A stretch of DNA of 64,000 nucleotides from Candidatus Aenigmatarchaeota archaeon (GTDB lineage: Archaea; Aenigmatarchaeota; Aenigmatarchaeia; CG10238-14; SpSt-28), in NCBI GenBank assembly GCA_032249395.1, contig JAVVFY010000002.1:4239-68238 (forward strand), given 5' to 3'. Below, in pieces: positions 1 through 8,617 of this stretch. The position numbers were made by a program, and so were the translations under genes. The number at the start of each line of letters is the position of its first letter. Position 1 is the first letter of the stretch. The notes under the pieces are model-generated. The model saw nothing but the letters and a program-made list of their open reading frames with translations. It did not search any database and was not told where the DNA came from.

Positions 1-488
1 TTGTCGCTAGATTTCTGATATTTGCTCCAAAAGAAAGCGAAAGGAGAAATGTTGGTGCAGCAATCTTAGTTGGTATAATAGCATACATAATTTATTTCTT
101 ATCAAACTTGCTTGTTCTTTATCTTTCTAGATTAAGAGAATTTTACGCTGATAGATTTTCTGGAGAGCATACAAATCCTCGAGCATTGGCAAGAGCTTTA
201 GCAAAAATAACTTATGGGTTATCAACTAGTGAAGATAGGATTGAAAATTCTGCAGTAAGATCGTTCTTTATTGCAGACCCAATAACGGCAACAAAAGAGA
301 TTTCAACATTCAGAAACGAATATGATGACTTAGAAATCGATGAAACTGAATTGAAAAAAGCAATGGAATGGGAGAAAAAGAATATATTCGCTCGGGTAGC
401 TGAAATATTTTCGACCCACCCACTGACTTTTAAAAGGATAAAGGCGCTTAAAGAACTGGAAGTAGAATTAAAGTCAAAAAATAAATAA
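1..488 (+). CDS. M48/HtpX-like zinc metalloprotease, C-terminal fragment (5' end outside window)
   Basis: Frame open from window start (frame 3, no stop before 488). C-terminal pattern SRxREFYADRFSGE...ALAKI...THPLTFKRI resembles the HtpX/M48 C-terminus. Confidence 0.5.
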   Translation, partial: VARFLIFAPKESERRNVGAAILVGIIAYIIYFLSNLLVLYLSRLREFYADRFSGEHTNPRALARALAKITYGLSTSEDRIENSAVRSFFIADPITATKEISTFRNEYDDLEIDETELKKAMEWEKKNIFARVAEIFSTHPLTFKRIKALKELEVELKSKNK

Positions 489-492
489 TTTT

Positions 493-1212
493 ATGAAATA
501 CTTGTTGCTCTCAAAAGATTTTAAAATTGTAGTAGAAGAGGGAAAAAGTAAAATATCGACTCATCTTGGAAATATTGATTTGAAGAACCTGAAAAAGAGA
601 AAGAAAATAAAATCGCATTTGGGAAAAGAATTTTTTGTAGTTAAACCAAACATTCTTGATTTAATAGAAGAAATGAAAAGAGGCGCACAAGTTATATTGC
701 CTAAAGATGTTGCAATTATAATTGCTTATACTGGTTTAATGCCTTACTGGAAAGTTTTAGATGTTGGAACTGGAAGTGCTTTCTCTTCAATATTTCTTGC
801 AAATTATTTGACTAAAGGAAAAGTTGTTACCTATGAAAAGGATGAAAGATTCTATAAAATTGCAAAAGAAAACATTGAGTTTTCGGAGTTGAAAAACATC
901 AAGATCGTAAAAAAAGATTTTCTTAAAGGAATTAAAGAAAAAGATTTTGACCTAATACTTCTTGATTTAGAAGAAGCAAACAAAGCGATAAAGATTGCTT
1001 ATAAATCTCTTAAAGTTGGTGGATATCTTGTTGTTTATTCACCGACCGTAAATCATTTGATGAAAGTTTGCAAAGAGATGAAAAAGTTTGATTTTACAGA
1101 GATGAAAATAGTTGAGAATATTGTTAGAGAGTGGCAATTTGAAAAAACTCTTAGACCAAAAACAAAAGGAATAATGCACACTGGCTTTATAACAATAGCA
1201 AGAAAGATTTAA
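493..1212 (+). CDS. trmI: tRNA (adenine-N1)-methyltransferase TrmI (GCD14 family)
   Basis: PKDVAIIIAYTGLMPYWKVLDVGTGSAFSSIFLA...KVVTYEKDERFYKIAKENI matches the TrmI N-terminal beta domain plus the class I SAM-binding motif. Confidence 0.7.
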   Translation: MKYLLLSKDFKIVVEEGKSKISTHLGNIDLKNLKKRKKIKSHLGKEFFVVKPNILDLIEEMKRGAQVILPKDVAIIIAYTGLMPYWKVLDVGTGSAFSSIFLANYLTKGKVVTYEKDERFYKIAKENIEFSELKNIKIVKKDFLKGIKEKDFDLILLDLEEANKAIKIAYKSLKVGGYLVVYSPTVNHLMKVCKEMKKFDFTEMKIVENIVREWQFEKTLRPKTKGIMHTGFITIARKI

Positions 1213-1710
1213 AAAATCATACAAACAAAACCTTTGCTCAAAAATGGAATTAAAGCACAAATTATTGCTAGGATATACCAACTTTTAATATTAATTGCTC
1301 CTTTAGTTGACTCTCCGTCTTCTCCCTATTCCTTCCAATTCTTTATTTCATTTACAAAAATACGTGGGATTGGAATAACGAATCAGCATCATAACCATCT
1401 TTACCATTTTTATCCAAAATGTAAATTACATCAAAACAAACCAATTATCGAAATGTTAATTATTATACCTTTTCTATTCCTACATAAAATCTGTTTCAGA
1501 CTTTTTCAATTCCTCTATCCTATTCTTAGCGCAACAAAACTCTCCGAACCAATTGGCTGTCTTGAAACCTTTGAATCAACCTCAATTCCAACTATTTCAA
1601 TATCATAAGAATATTTCTTACATTCTTCTTTAGTATCCTCGATTTCTACTGGATTTTTGAGCTTACTAAAACTTTCATTAATAGATTTGATAAAGAAATT
1701 AAAAATTGGT

Positions 1711-1785
1711 GGGGCCGTGGTGTAGCTTGGTTAGCACGCGAGCCTCGGGCGCTCGAAGTCCTGGGTTCAAATCCCAGCGGCCCCA
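1711..1785 (+). tRNA. tRNA-Pro (anticodon CGG)
   Basis: Manual fold: acceptor GGGGCCG/CGGCCCC, D-stem GTGT/GCAC, anticodon stem CGAGC/GCTCG with loop CUCGGGC, T-arm CTGGG-TTCAAAT-CCCAG, discriminator A. No encoded CCA. Confidence 0.85.
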
Positions 1786-1818
1786 ACTAGTTTATGAATT
1801 GATAAGAAAATTCATTTT

Positions 1819-2130
1819 ATGAGAAGAGGCAAAAAACCTGAGTGGCAAAGAAAGATTGCAAAAGAGAGAATAGAGATTCTTTTGAATCTAGCAAAAATCG
1901 AAGTAAAAAAGAATTTGGAAAGAGCAAGAAGATATGTAGAGTTAGCGAGAACGATTGGAAAGAGATACAATGTTAGACTAACAAGAGAACAAAAAGATTC
2001 TTTTTGTAAAAAATGTAATACTCCTTTAATTCCAAGCTTTACAATGAAGACTTGGCTGGATCCTCAAACTAAAACAAAAATTATTAAATGTCTAAAATGC
2101 AATTATATTTATAGAAAACCATATAAGTGA
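1819..2130 (+). CDS. rnp4: RNase P protein component 4 (Rpp21/Rpr2)
   Basis: RIAKERIEILLNLA...RARRYVELARTIGKRYNVRLTREQKDSFCKKC...CLKC: Rpr2 family with the C-terminal Zn ribbon. Confidence 0.75.
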   Translation: MRRGKKPEWQRKIAKERIEILLNLAKIEVKKNLERARRYVELARTIGKRYNVRLTREQKDSFCKKCNTPLIPSFTMKTWLDPQTKTKIIKCLKCNYIYRKPYK

Positions 2131-2134
2131 TAAT

Positions 2135-2365
2135 ATGAGAATGATAACCATATTGGCATTTTTGGTGATGTTTTTTTCTGCATTTGGTATTTTATTTATA
2201 TTTGACAATATAAATAAAATAGCAGAAGAATGTCAAAAAGGTCTGCTTAATCCAACTGTTTGTAGAAACTTCACCGGTTTTGGTATGAATGTGATAATGA
2301 TTCTTCTGATAATTGCAGGCTTCGTTTTAGTAATTTCCTCTACATTCTTTATAATAATTAGATGA
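2135..2365 (+). CDS. small two-TM membrane protein, hypothetical
   Basis: 76-aa ORF with two hydrophobic helices. No recognisable family. Confidence 0.25.
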   Translation: MRMITILAFLVMFFSAFGILFIFDNINKIAEECQKGLLNPTVCRNFTGFGMNVIMILLIIAGFVLVISSTFFIIIR

Positions 2366-2412
2366 CTACTTGCTAAAAGTAATATTTATAAGCTTTATTT
2401 ATAAGTGATATT

Positions 2413-3228
2413 ATGATTTCGGTATCCCAAAAAACGATGGATGCATTAAAATCGATAGGCTTAAACTTGTATGAAAGAAAATTGTGGGTAGCTCTTTTGG
2501 CTAGGGGTTCGTCTTCGGTAGGAGAGTTAGCCGATGCTGCAAATGTTCCAAGAAGTAGAGCTTATGACGTACTACAGAGTTTAGCAAATAAAGGTTTTGT
2601 TGTTCTACAGCCATCAAAACCATTAAAAGCTGTAGCTTTGCCTCCAGAAGAGGCTTTAGAAAGAGTAAAGAAAAGATTGGAAGAAGAATACAGAGAAGCT
2701 GTAGCGAGAATTGAAGAACTAAAAGCTAGTCCAGTAATTAGAGAACTAAAAGAAATATATCAAAAGGGAATCAAATCAATTTCTCCAGAAGAAATAACTA
2801 GCGCATTAAAGGGAAGAACTCTAGTATTCCAAAGATTGGAATCTATGTTTAAAGTAGCTTCAAAAAATATAAGCATAATTACAACTAATGAAGGATTGAA
2901 AGAATTAGTAGCTAATCATCTAGAACACTTAAAGCAAGCAAAAGAAAGAGGAGTAGAAATAAAAATTGTTGTCACACCAACAGAAGAAGCAAAAGAAGAG
3001 ATAAAAGCATTGAAAGATGTAGGAGATATCAGATTTATAAATGAAAAAGAAATTCCAATAAAAGGTAATATTGCAATAGTAGATAATAAGGAAGTCATTA
3101 TGGGATTGGTAAATCCTGAAGAAGAAAAAAGCGAAGAAATAGCAATTTGGACAAAAAGCCCGCACGCGGCAAGCAACGTATTAGCTCCTATTTTCAACCT
3201 AATATGGCAAAAGTCTAGATCAATTTAA
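2413..3228 (+). CDS. TrmB-family transcriptional regulator
   Basis: N-terminal wHTH LYERKLWVALLARGSSSVGELADAANVPRSRAYDVLQSLANKGFV is typical of TrmB. A C-terminal effector domain follows. Confidence 0.6.
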   Translation: MISVSQKTMDALKSIGLNLYERKLWVALLARGSSSVGELADAANVPRSRAYDVLQSLANKGFVVLQPSKPLKAVALPPEEALERVKKRLEEEYREAVARIEELKASPVIRELKEIYQKGIKSISPEEITSALKGRTLVFQRLESMFKVASKNISIITTNEGLKELVANHLEHLKQAKERGVEIKIVVTPTEEAKEEIKALKDVGDIRFINEKEIPIKGNIAIVDNKEVIMGLVNPEEEKSEEIAIWTKSPHAASNVLAPIFNLIWQKSRSI

Positions 3229-5039
3229 AAACCAGGTCTCTTAGAAACTTCAATCGGCAAATTAATCATCTTCTTTGGAAATTCTTTAGTCTCTTCTTCT
3301 ATTTCTTTTATTAGATCTTCCTCTATCATTTCCCTTATTTGACCTCTTTTTCTATCTCTAACCATTAATTTTTTACTTGCAATCTCCTTCTCCCCAAAAA
3401 CTATTATATAATTTATCCAAGAAGTTTCGGCGTCCCTCACTTTCTTCTCCACAGTCTCTTCCCTATCGTCTAAGTCGGCTCTAATCATCCTTTCTCTCAA
3501 CCTAACTACCAGTTTCTTTGCCTCTTCTATGTACTTACTTGAAACTGGTATTATTCTTACCTGAATAGGAGAGAGCCATAAAGGTAATGTTGGATTTTCC
3601 TCCTTTACTAAATTGTCGAAGATCGTGTACATAAATCTCTCCAAACTTCCTAAAATTGCAGTATGTAAAATTATTGGATGTCTTTTCTTCCCGTTGTTGT
3701 CAACATAAGTTATACCGAATCTCTCAGCATTACCTAAATCTATTTGAACTGTACCTATCTCTCTTGCTCTACCCAACTCATCTATAATATGATATTCTAT
3801 ATTCAAAACCCAATAGTAGTTTATTCCTGGAGGATAAACACAAATTAAAACCGGATAGTGTTCTCTTTCAAGCAACTTCATGAAAAATTCTCTATTTTTC
3901 TCCAAAAATTCTAAAGAAGTTAGGTTGTATAATGAAACATACTTTCTGCCTAGCTTTTCCATTTCTGAATGAATTGTTTTGTGTAAAATTAAAAACTGTT
4001 CTTTAGCTTCTTCCAAATCTTTACAAAAAACGTGAAGATCTGGCATCATAAGTCTCCTAACTCTGAATCCAAGTAAAAGCTCACCAGATTGCTCGAATCT
4101 ATAACTATCTGCAATCTCAAAAGCTCCAAAAGGCAAACTACTATAACTCAATTGCCAATGTTTTATCATAGCAAACTGTTGAAAGCATGCTGCATATCTT
4201 AGAACTAAATGTCTATCTTCTGACTTTGATACATACATTCTCTGACCAAATAAGGAAGCGTGTTCTGCGATAGCTTTCTCTTTTAAATTGAACATATTAG
4301 TTCCTCTCACAAAGTATACTGGAAATGGTAACTTAGAAACAACACTAGAAACATACTCCCCTAGCATATCCAAAATAAAAGCACCTAGAGGTCCATACCT
4401 CATATGACCCAAATCTGACATTTCTTCCCATTCAATTCCAAATTTCTTCATGAATTTTATATAAGAGGGTTCTGGATTTTCTCTTCCTTTAGCACCAAAA
4501 GCTTCCTGTTCCACTAAAATCTTAAAATCTTCTTCTCCTTCTTTAAACTTATATCTATCTACTTCAATTAAACTTCCATCTTTAGTTAAAACAAAGTACT
4601 TCTTCTCTATTTTTCTCTCTAAGGGTTTTCCTTTTATTATATCTTTTAACTGCTCCGCCAAAGGGTGTCCTTTAACTGAAAAACTTAATCTCTTTATCCA
4701 ACCGAAAGGTGCCCTATAGACTTCTATTCCCTTCTCTTTTGCCAACCTCTCCATTTCTATTAGTATTGAAAGAGATGTTGAAGGATCTGCAAGCCTATTA
4801 GAAAGATGAGCATATGGATAGATTAATATTTTATTAACTTTTAAGACTTTTAAAGACTTCTCTATTTCTTCTATGGCCATGTTAGCAAAGCTTTTATCAT
4901 CATCTTCTTCAATTGTGATTAGTAAAAGAAGGCATTCATCTATTCTTATTCTTCTTTTTTCTACTTCTTCTGCTGCACTCATTTCTTTTTGAATTGGTTC
5001 ATACTCAACAAAGTCTACATGAAGTTGCAATATCTTCAT
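3225..5039 (-). CDS. thrS: threonyl-tRNA synthetase, archaeal type with N-terminal DTD-like editing domain
   Basis: N-terminus MKILQLHVDFVEYEP is the archaeal ThrRS editing domain. Class II motif FRVRRLMMPDLHVFC corresponds to ThrRS MRVRGFTQDDAHIFC. A C-terminal anticodon-binding domain is present. Confidence 0.85.
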   Translation of the reverse strand: MKILQLHVDFVEYEPIQKEMSAAEEVEKRRIRIDECLLLLITIEEDDDKSFANMAIEEIEKSLKVLKVNKILIYPYAHLSNRLADPSTSLSILIEMERLAKEKGIEVYRAPFGWIKRLSFSVKGHPLAEQLKDIIKGKPLERKIEKKYFVLTKDGSLIEVDRYKFKEGEEDFKILVEQEAFGAKGRENPEPSYIKFMKKFGIEWEEMSDLGHMRYGPLGAFILDMLGEYVSSVVSKLPFPVYFVRGTNMFNLKEKAIAEHASLFGQRMYVSKSEDRHLVLRYAACFQQFAMIKHWQLSYSSLPFGAFEIADSYRFEQSGELLLGFRVRRLMMPDLHVFCKDLEEAKEQFLILHKTIHSEMEKLGRKYVSLYNLTSLEFLEKNREFFMKLLEREHYPVLICVYPPGINYYWVLNIEYHIIDELGRAREIGTVQIDLGNAERFGITYVDNNGKKRHPIILHTAILGSLERFMYTIFDNLVKEENPTLPLWLSPIQVRIIPVSSKYIEEAKKLVVRLRERMIRADLDDREETVEKKVRDAETSWINYIIVFGEKEIASKKLMVRDRKRGQIREMIEEDLIKEIEEETKEFPKKMINLPIEVSKRPGF

Positions 5040-5130
5040 TTATCTCCACCTCTTGTCAAAATTAAAGAAACACTAAATAATTTAACTATTAAAGAATAAA
5101 AGAAATCTAAACTAAAAAAGTGTTTGGTGT

Positions 5131-5319
5131 TCACCTTGCATAATTTTGTTTTACTTTTTTTATATTTAAGCTTTTCTTTTTAAGTAGTGAACTTAAGTAA
5201 GCTATCTTTTCCTGCCAAAATTTTGCCTCTTTTAGAGTTCTAGCTTGAAATAGGCATTCTTTTGCTATTTCCAGTTGCTCCATTATGTAATTTTTTTCTA
5301 AGTCAGCTTTACCTCTCAT
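5131..5319 (-). CDS. hypothetical small protein
   Basis: 62-aa ORF with predicted coiled-coil character. No family recognised. Confidence 0.15.
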   Translation of the reverse strand: MRGKADLEKNYIMEQLEIAKECLFQARTLKEAKFWQEKIAYLSSLLKKKSLNIKKVKQNYAR

Positions 5320-5410
5320 ATCACTATTTAGTAGTTAAATATTTAAGTTTTACTATTAAACAGTAATAATGATATTTTGTTTATATTTCTAACCTTATAA
5401 AAATAAAAAA

Positions 5411-6829
5411 ATGGATGCTAAATCGTTTCTTAAGAAAGTTCTTAAACAAATACTACCCGATAGAAAAACAGAGAGAGAGTTAAAAATCTTAGCCAAAAAA
5501 GTTTTATCTTTGGCAAAAAAGAAAGCAAAAAAATATAAAGCTGAAGCCATGATTGTTGGGAGCATAACCCGAGATACTTGGCTCCCCGATAAGAAAGAGT
5601 TTGACATCTTTATTCTTTTTCCACCCAATTTAACTATTCAAGAATTGGAAAAGTATGGTTTGGATATTGGCAAGCAAATCGTTAAAGAAATGAAAGGAAG
5701 TTTTACTTTAAAATATGCGCAACATCCGTATTTATCTGCAAAAATAAACGACGTAGAAGTAGATATTGTACCTTCATATAAAATAAGAGACGTATCAGAA
5801 ATGAAAAGTGCTGTAGATAGAACTCCATTTCATGTTAAGTACTTAGAAAAACATTTGAAGAAAAATCAAAGTAATGAAGTTAGACTCCTAAAAAAGTTTT
5901 TAAAATCTCACAACTTATACGGAGCTGATGCAAAGACGGAAGGGTTTTCTGGCTATTTGTGTGAGCTTTTGATAATAAAATATAAGACATTTTTAAACTT
6001 GTTAAAATCTGCTACAAAATGGAAGCTTCAGGAAATAATTGACATAGAAAATTTTTATAAAAAGGAAGAATACGAAGCAGTCAGAAGAATATTCAAAGAT
6101 CAGCCTTTAATAGTAATAGATCCTACGGACAAGAATAGAAATGTTGCTGCAGCTTTAAGCGTAGAAAATTTTTATAAATTCAAAAAAGTATCGGAAGAAT
6201 TTCTTATCAATCCTTGCGAGGAAACATTTTTTGGAAAAACGAATTATATTACTGATTTGGAGTTTTCTAGAATAATTTTGAAGAGAAACACAGAAATCCT
6301 TTTAATAAAATTTAAGCCACCAAAAGTTTCTCCAGACATACTTTGGCCTCAGCTAAGAAAATTTGCAAACCGTATTGAGAATATACTAGAAGAAAGAAAG
6401 TACGAGTTTAAAGTTTATGGAAAAGGTGTATACACTGACGAAAATGAATTAGCACTAGTTTTATTAGAAATGGAAGTAAATTCTTTACCGAATGTCCAAA
6501 AAATTATTGGACCTATTGTGTTTGACGAAAAAAACTCTAAATCATTTCTCGAAGCTCACAAAAATCCATTAGTTGGCCCTTATATTGAAGACAAAAGATG
6601 GGTAGTCGAGGTGGAGAGAAAATTCAAAACTGCTAAGGAAAAAATTGTTGACACCCTTAATAAGCCTTTAGATATACTTAAAGCTAAAGGGATACCAAAC
6701 TATATCGCTGAAGCTATATCAAAAGGTTTTGAAGTTATTAGCGGCGAAGAAATTGAAAAGCTATTAAGAGAAAGGAGAGATGTTGGAGTATTCTTTTATA
6801 ATTATTTCTACAAGAAAAAACTAATTTAA
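5411..6829 (+). CDS. cca: CCA-adding enzyme (class I archaeal tRNA nucleotidyltransferase)
   Basis: MIVGSITRDTWLPDKKEFDIFILFP carries the GS...D.D nucleotidyltransferase motifs. Length 472 aa fits the archaeal CCA enzyme. Confidence 0.8.
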   Translation: MDAKSFLKKVLKQILPDRKTERELKILAKKVLSLAKKKAKKYKAEAMIVGSITRDTWLPDKKEFDIFILFPPNLTIQELEKYGLDIGKQIVKEMKGSFTLKYAQHPYLSAKINDVEVDIVPSYKIRDVSEMKSAVDRTPFHVKYLEKHLKKNQSNEVRLLKKFLKSHNLYGADAKTEGFSGYLCELLIIKYKTFLNLLKSATKWKLQEIIDIENFYKKEEYEAVRRIFKDQPLIVIDPTDKNRNVAAALSVENFYKFKKVSEEFLINPCEETFFGKTNYITDLEFSRIILKRNTEILLIKFKPPKVSPDILWPQLRKFANRIENILEERKYEFKVYGKGVYTDENELALVLLEMEVNSLPNVQKIIGPIVFDEKNSKSFLEAHKNPLVGPYIEDKRWVVEVERKFKTAKEKIVDTLNKPLDILKAKGIPNYIAEAISKGFEVISGEEIEKLLRERRDVGVFFYNYFYKKKLI

Positions 6830-6831
6830 TA

Positions 6832-7755
6832 ATGATAGTTTTAACATTTTTGGGCACAGTATCAGGAATACCTAGCAAAGAAAGAAATCATCCAGCAATA
6901 GTTTTAGAGTATTTTTATTACAAAAAAGATACTTTGCTTTTTGATTGTGGTGAAGGAACACAAAAACAACTTATGAATGCTGGAATAAGCTTTATGGACA
7001 TAAGTAAGATTTTTATAACTCATTGGCATGCAGACCACTTTGGAGGATTAATACCATTACTACAAACTATGAACCTAGAAAAAAGGAGAAGCGAACTAAC
7101 AATATTCGGACCTGAAGCAAGTAGATTTGTTCAAACCATATTAAATTTAGGATATTTTGGATTGAGATTTCCTGTGAAAGCGGTAGACGTACCTTATGAG
7201 GGAAAACAAATTGTTAAAGTATATGAACACAAGTTATACGAAATACTTTCCATTCCGGTATTGCATACAATACCATCTGTTGCTTTCGCCTTTAAGGAAA
7301 AGGATGTGTGGAGGATCGATGAGAGAAGGCTAAAGGAATTGGGCTTGAAAAAAGGGAAGTGGCTAAAAGAATTGAAAGAAAAGGGAGAAGTTGTTTATAA
7401 CGGGAAAAAAATTAGGATAGAAGAAGTAGCAAAGCTTCAAAAGGGTTTAAAAGTTGTATATAGTGGAGATACAAAACCTTGCGATAACATTATAGAATTA
7501 TCAAAAGATGCTGATGTATTAATTCATGATGCAACCTTTTTGGAAGAAGATGAAGATACGCAAAAATATCATTCAAGTGTTAAAGATGCAGCAATAGTAG
7601 CAAAAAAGGCAAATGTCAAAAAACTGATTTTAACTCATATTAGTAGAAGATACAGAAATGATGATATAGAAAGAATTATAAATGAAGCTAAACAAGTCTT
7701 CGACAATGTTGAAGTTGCATATGATTTAATGAAAGTTGTTTTAAAAAGAGAATAA
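6832..7755 (+). CDS. rnz: ribonuclease Z (tRNA 3' endonuclease, metallo-beta-lactamase fold)
   Basis: HWHADHFGG matches the HxHxDH motif. Length 307 aa with the ...ILTHISRRY C-terminal region. Confidence 0.8.
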   Translation: MIVLTFLGTVSGIPSKERNHPAIVLEYFYYKKDTLLFDCGEGTQKQLMNAGISFMDISKIFITHWHADHFGGLIPLLQTMNLEKRRSELTIFGPEASRFVQTILNLGYFGLRFPVKAVDVPYEGKQIVKVYEHKLYEILSIPVLHTIPSVAFAFKEKDVWRIDERRLKELGLKKGKWLKELKEKGEVVYNGKKIRIEEVAKLQKGLKVVYSGDTKPCDNIIELSKDADVLIHDATFLEEDEDTQKYHSSVKDAAIVAKKANVKKLILTHISRRYRNDDIERIINEAKQVFDNVEVAYDLMKVVLKRE

Positions 7756-7886
7756 AAGAGCAAAATTATGAAGCATAAAAGCTAGTCTCTAGAGATAATT
7801 ATATTTATCTCTAGCCAAAAATGTCATTTTTTTGAACTTTATTTATAGTTTTTGTATTCTACAGAATATATTTCAGTGTGAATGAA

Positions 7887-8093
7887 TCATTCATAAATCA
7901 CATTAGCCTCCAGAACAATTGCTTTTCCTCCCCTCGCCCTTATAAAAGAAGCTATTTCTATTAATTTTTGAGTGCTTTCATGGGTCCAAACAGACTTCTG
8001 GATCATTCTTGCACCAATTTTGTTCAATTTTCTGTTTATCTTCAGTTTCAAAGCTGAAGAACCACTTCCAAGTTGAAAAATAATCAAATACAT
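7887..8093 (-). CDS. Cas2-like small protein, probably catalytically inactive, solo
   Basis: 68 aa. KINRKLNKIGARMIQKSVWTHE aligns to the Cas2 core RRRKVAKLLEGYGRRVQYSVFE. The conserved Asp of beta-1 (YDV) is replaced (IIFQL). No cas1 or array nearby. Confidence 0.3.
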   Translation of the reverse strand: MYLIIFQLGSGSSALKLKINRKLNKIGARMIQKSVWTHESTQKLIEIASFIRARGGKAIVLEANVIYE

Positions 8094-8617
8094 TATGATA
8101 CTTTAGTATCAAAAATATAAATACATTTATATACCGAAAAATATATATTAGTGTGAAGTAACGAAAAAGAATGAATCAAAAAATATATAATATAAAATAA
8201 ATTTTAAAAAAACAATATTATAAAATATAGTATGGTGTGAATATAAACTAAAGATAAAATAAGCTAAAGATAAAATTCGAAAAAGTGAAGATTTTGATAA
8301 CGTGAGATGAGTTAAAAATAAAATCTGGCGTTGAAAGGTATCAAAAAAATTTAATAAGATAAATTAAAAGTGATGAAAACCGTAGGTAAAATTCGAATCA
8401 AAAATATTGAAAATAAATAAAAAGAAAAGAAACAGAGATGTGAGAATTATTAAACATAAAAAATATAAAATCACAAAGTGATGAAATTAGGAAAAGCAAC
8501 TAACATCAGAAATAAAAATGAAAATTTAGAAAGCGTGATATAAACAATAGATAAATTCAAACAATATGAAGGTGAGAGTTCTGAACAAAAATTTAAATAC
8601 AAAAACTAATTACTTAG
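8094..8617. other. 524-bp extremely A-rich, C-depleted intergenic tract with recurrent GTGA(T/A)GA-like words
   Basis: Read directly from sequence. Strong purine-strand asymmetry with almost no C on the + strand. AAAGTGA(A/T)GA-like words recur at roughly 40-70 bp intervals. Confidence 0.5.

Noticed and set aside
1039-1608. ORFs at 1039-1281(-) and 1234-1608(+) between trmI and tRNA-Pro
   Set aside because: One is antisense to trmI. The other is a hydrophobic low-complexity translation without motifs, more likely a promoter or leader region for the tRNA-rnp4 unit.
8094-8617. Possible CRISPR array or C/D-box sRNA cluster in the A-rich tract (GUGAUGA words)
   Set aside because: The repeated words are short and non-identical, and the spacing is irregular. 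There are no CUGA D-boxes and C is almost absent, so neither a CRISPR repeat-spacer structure nor canonical C/D sRNAs fit.
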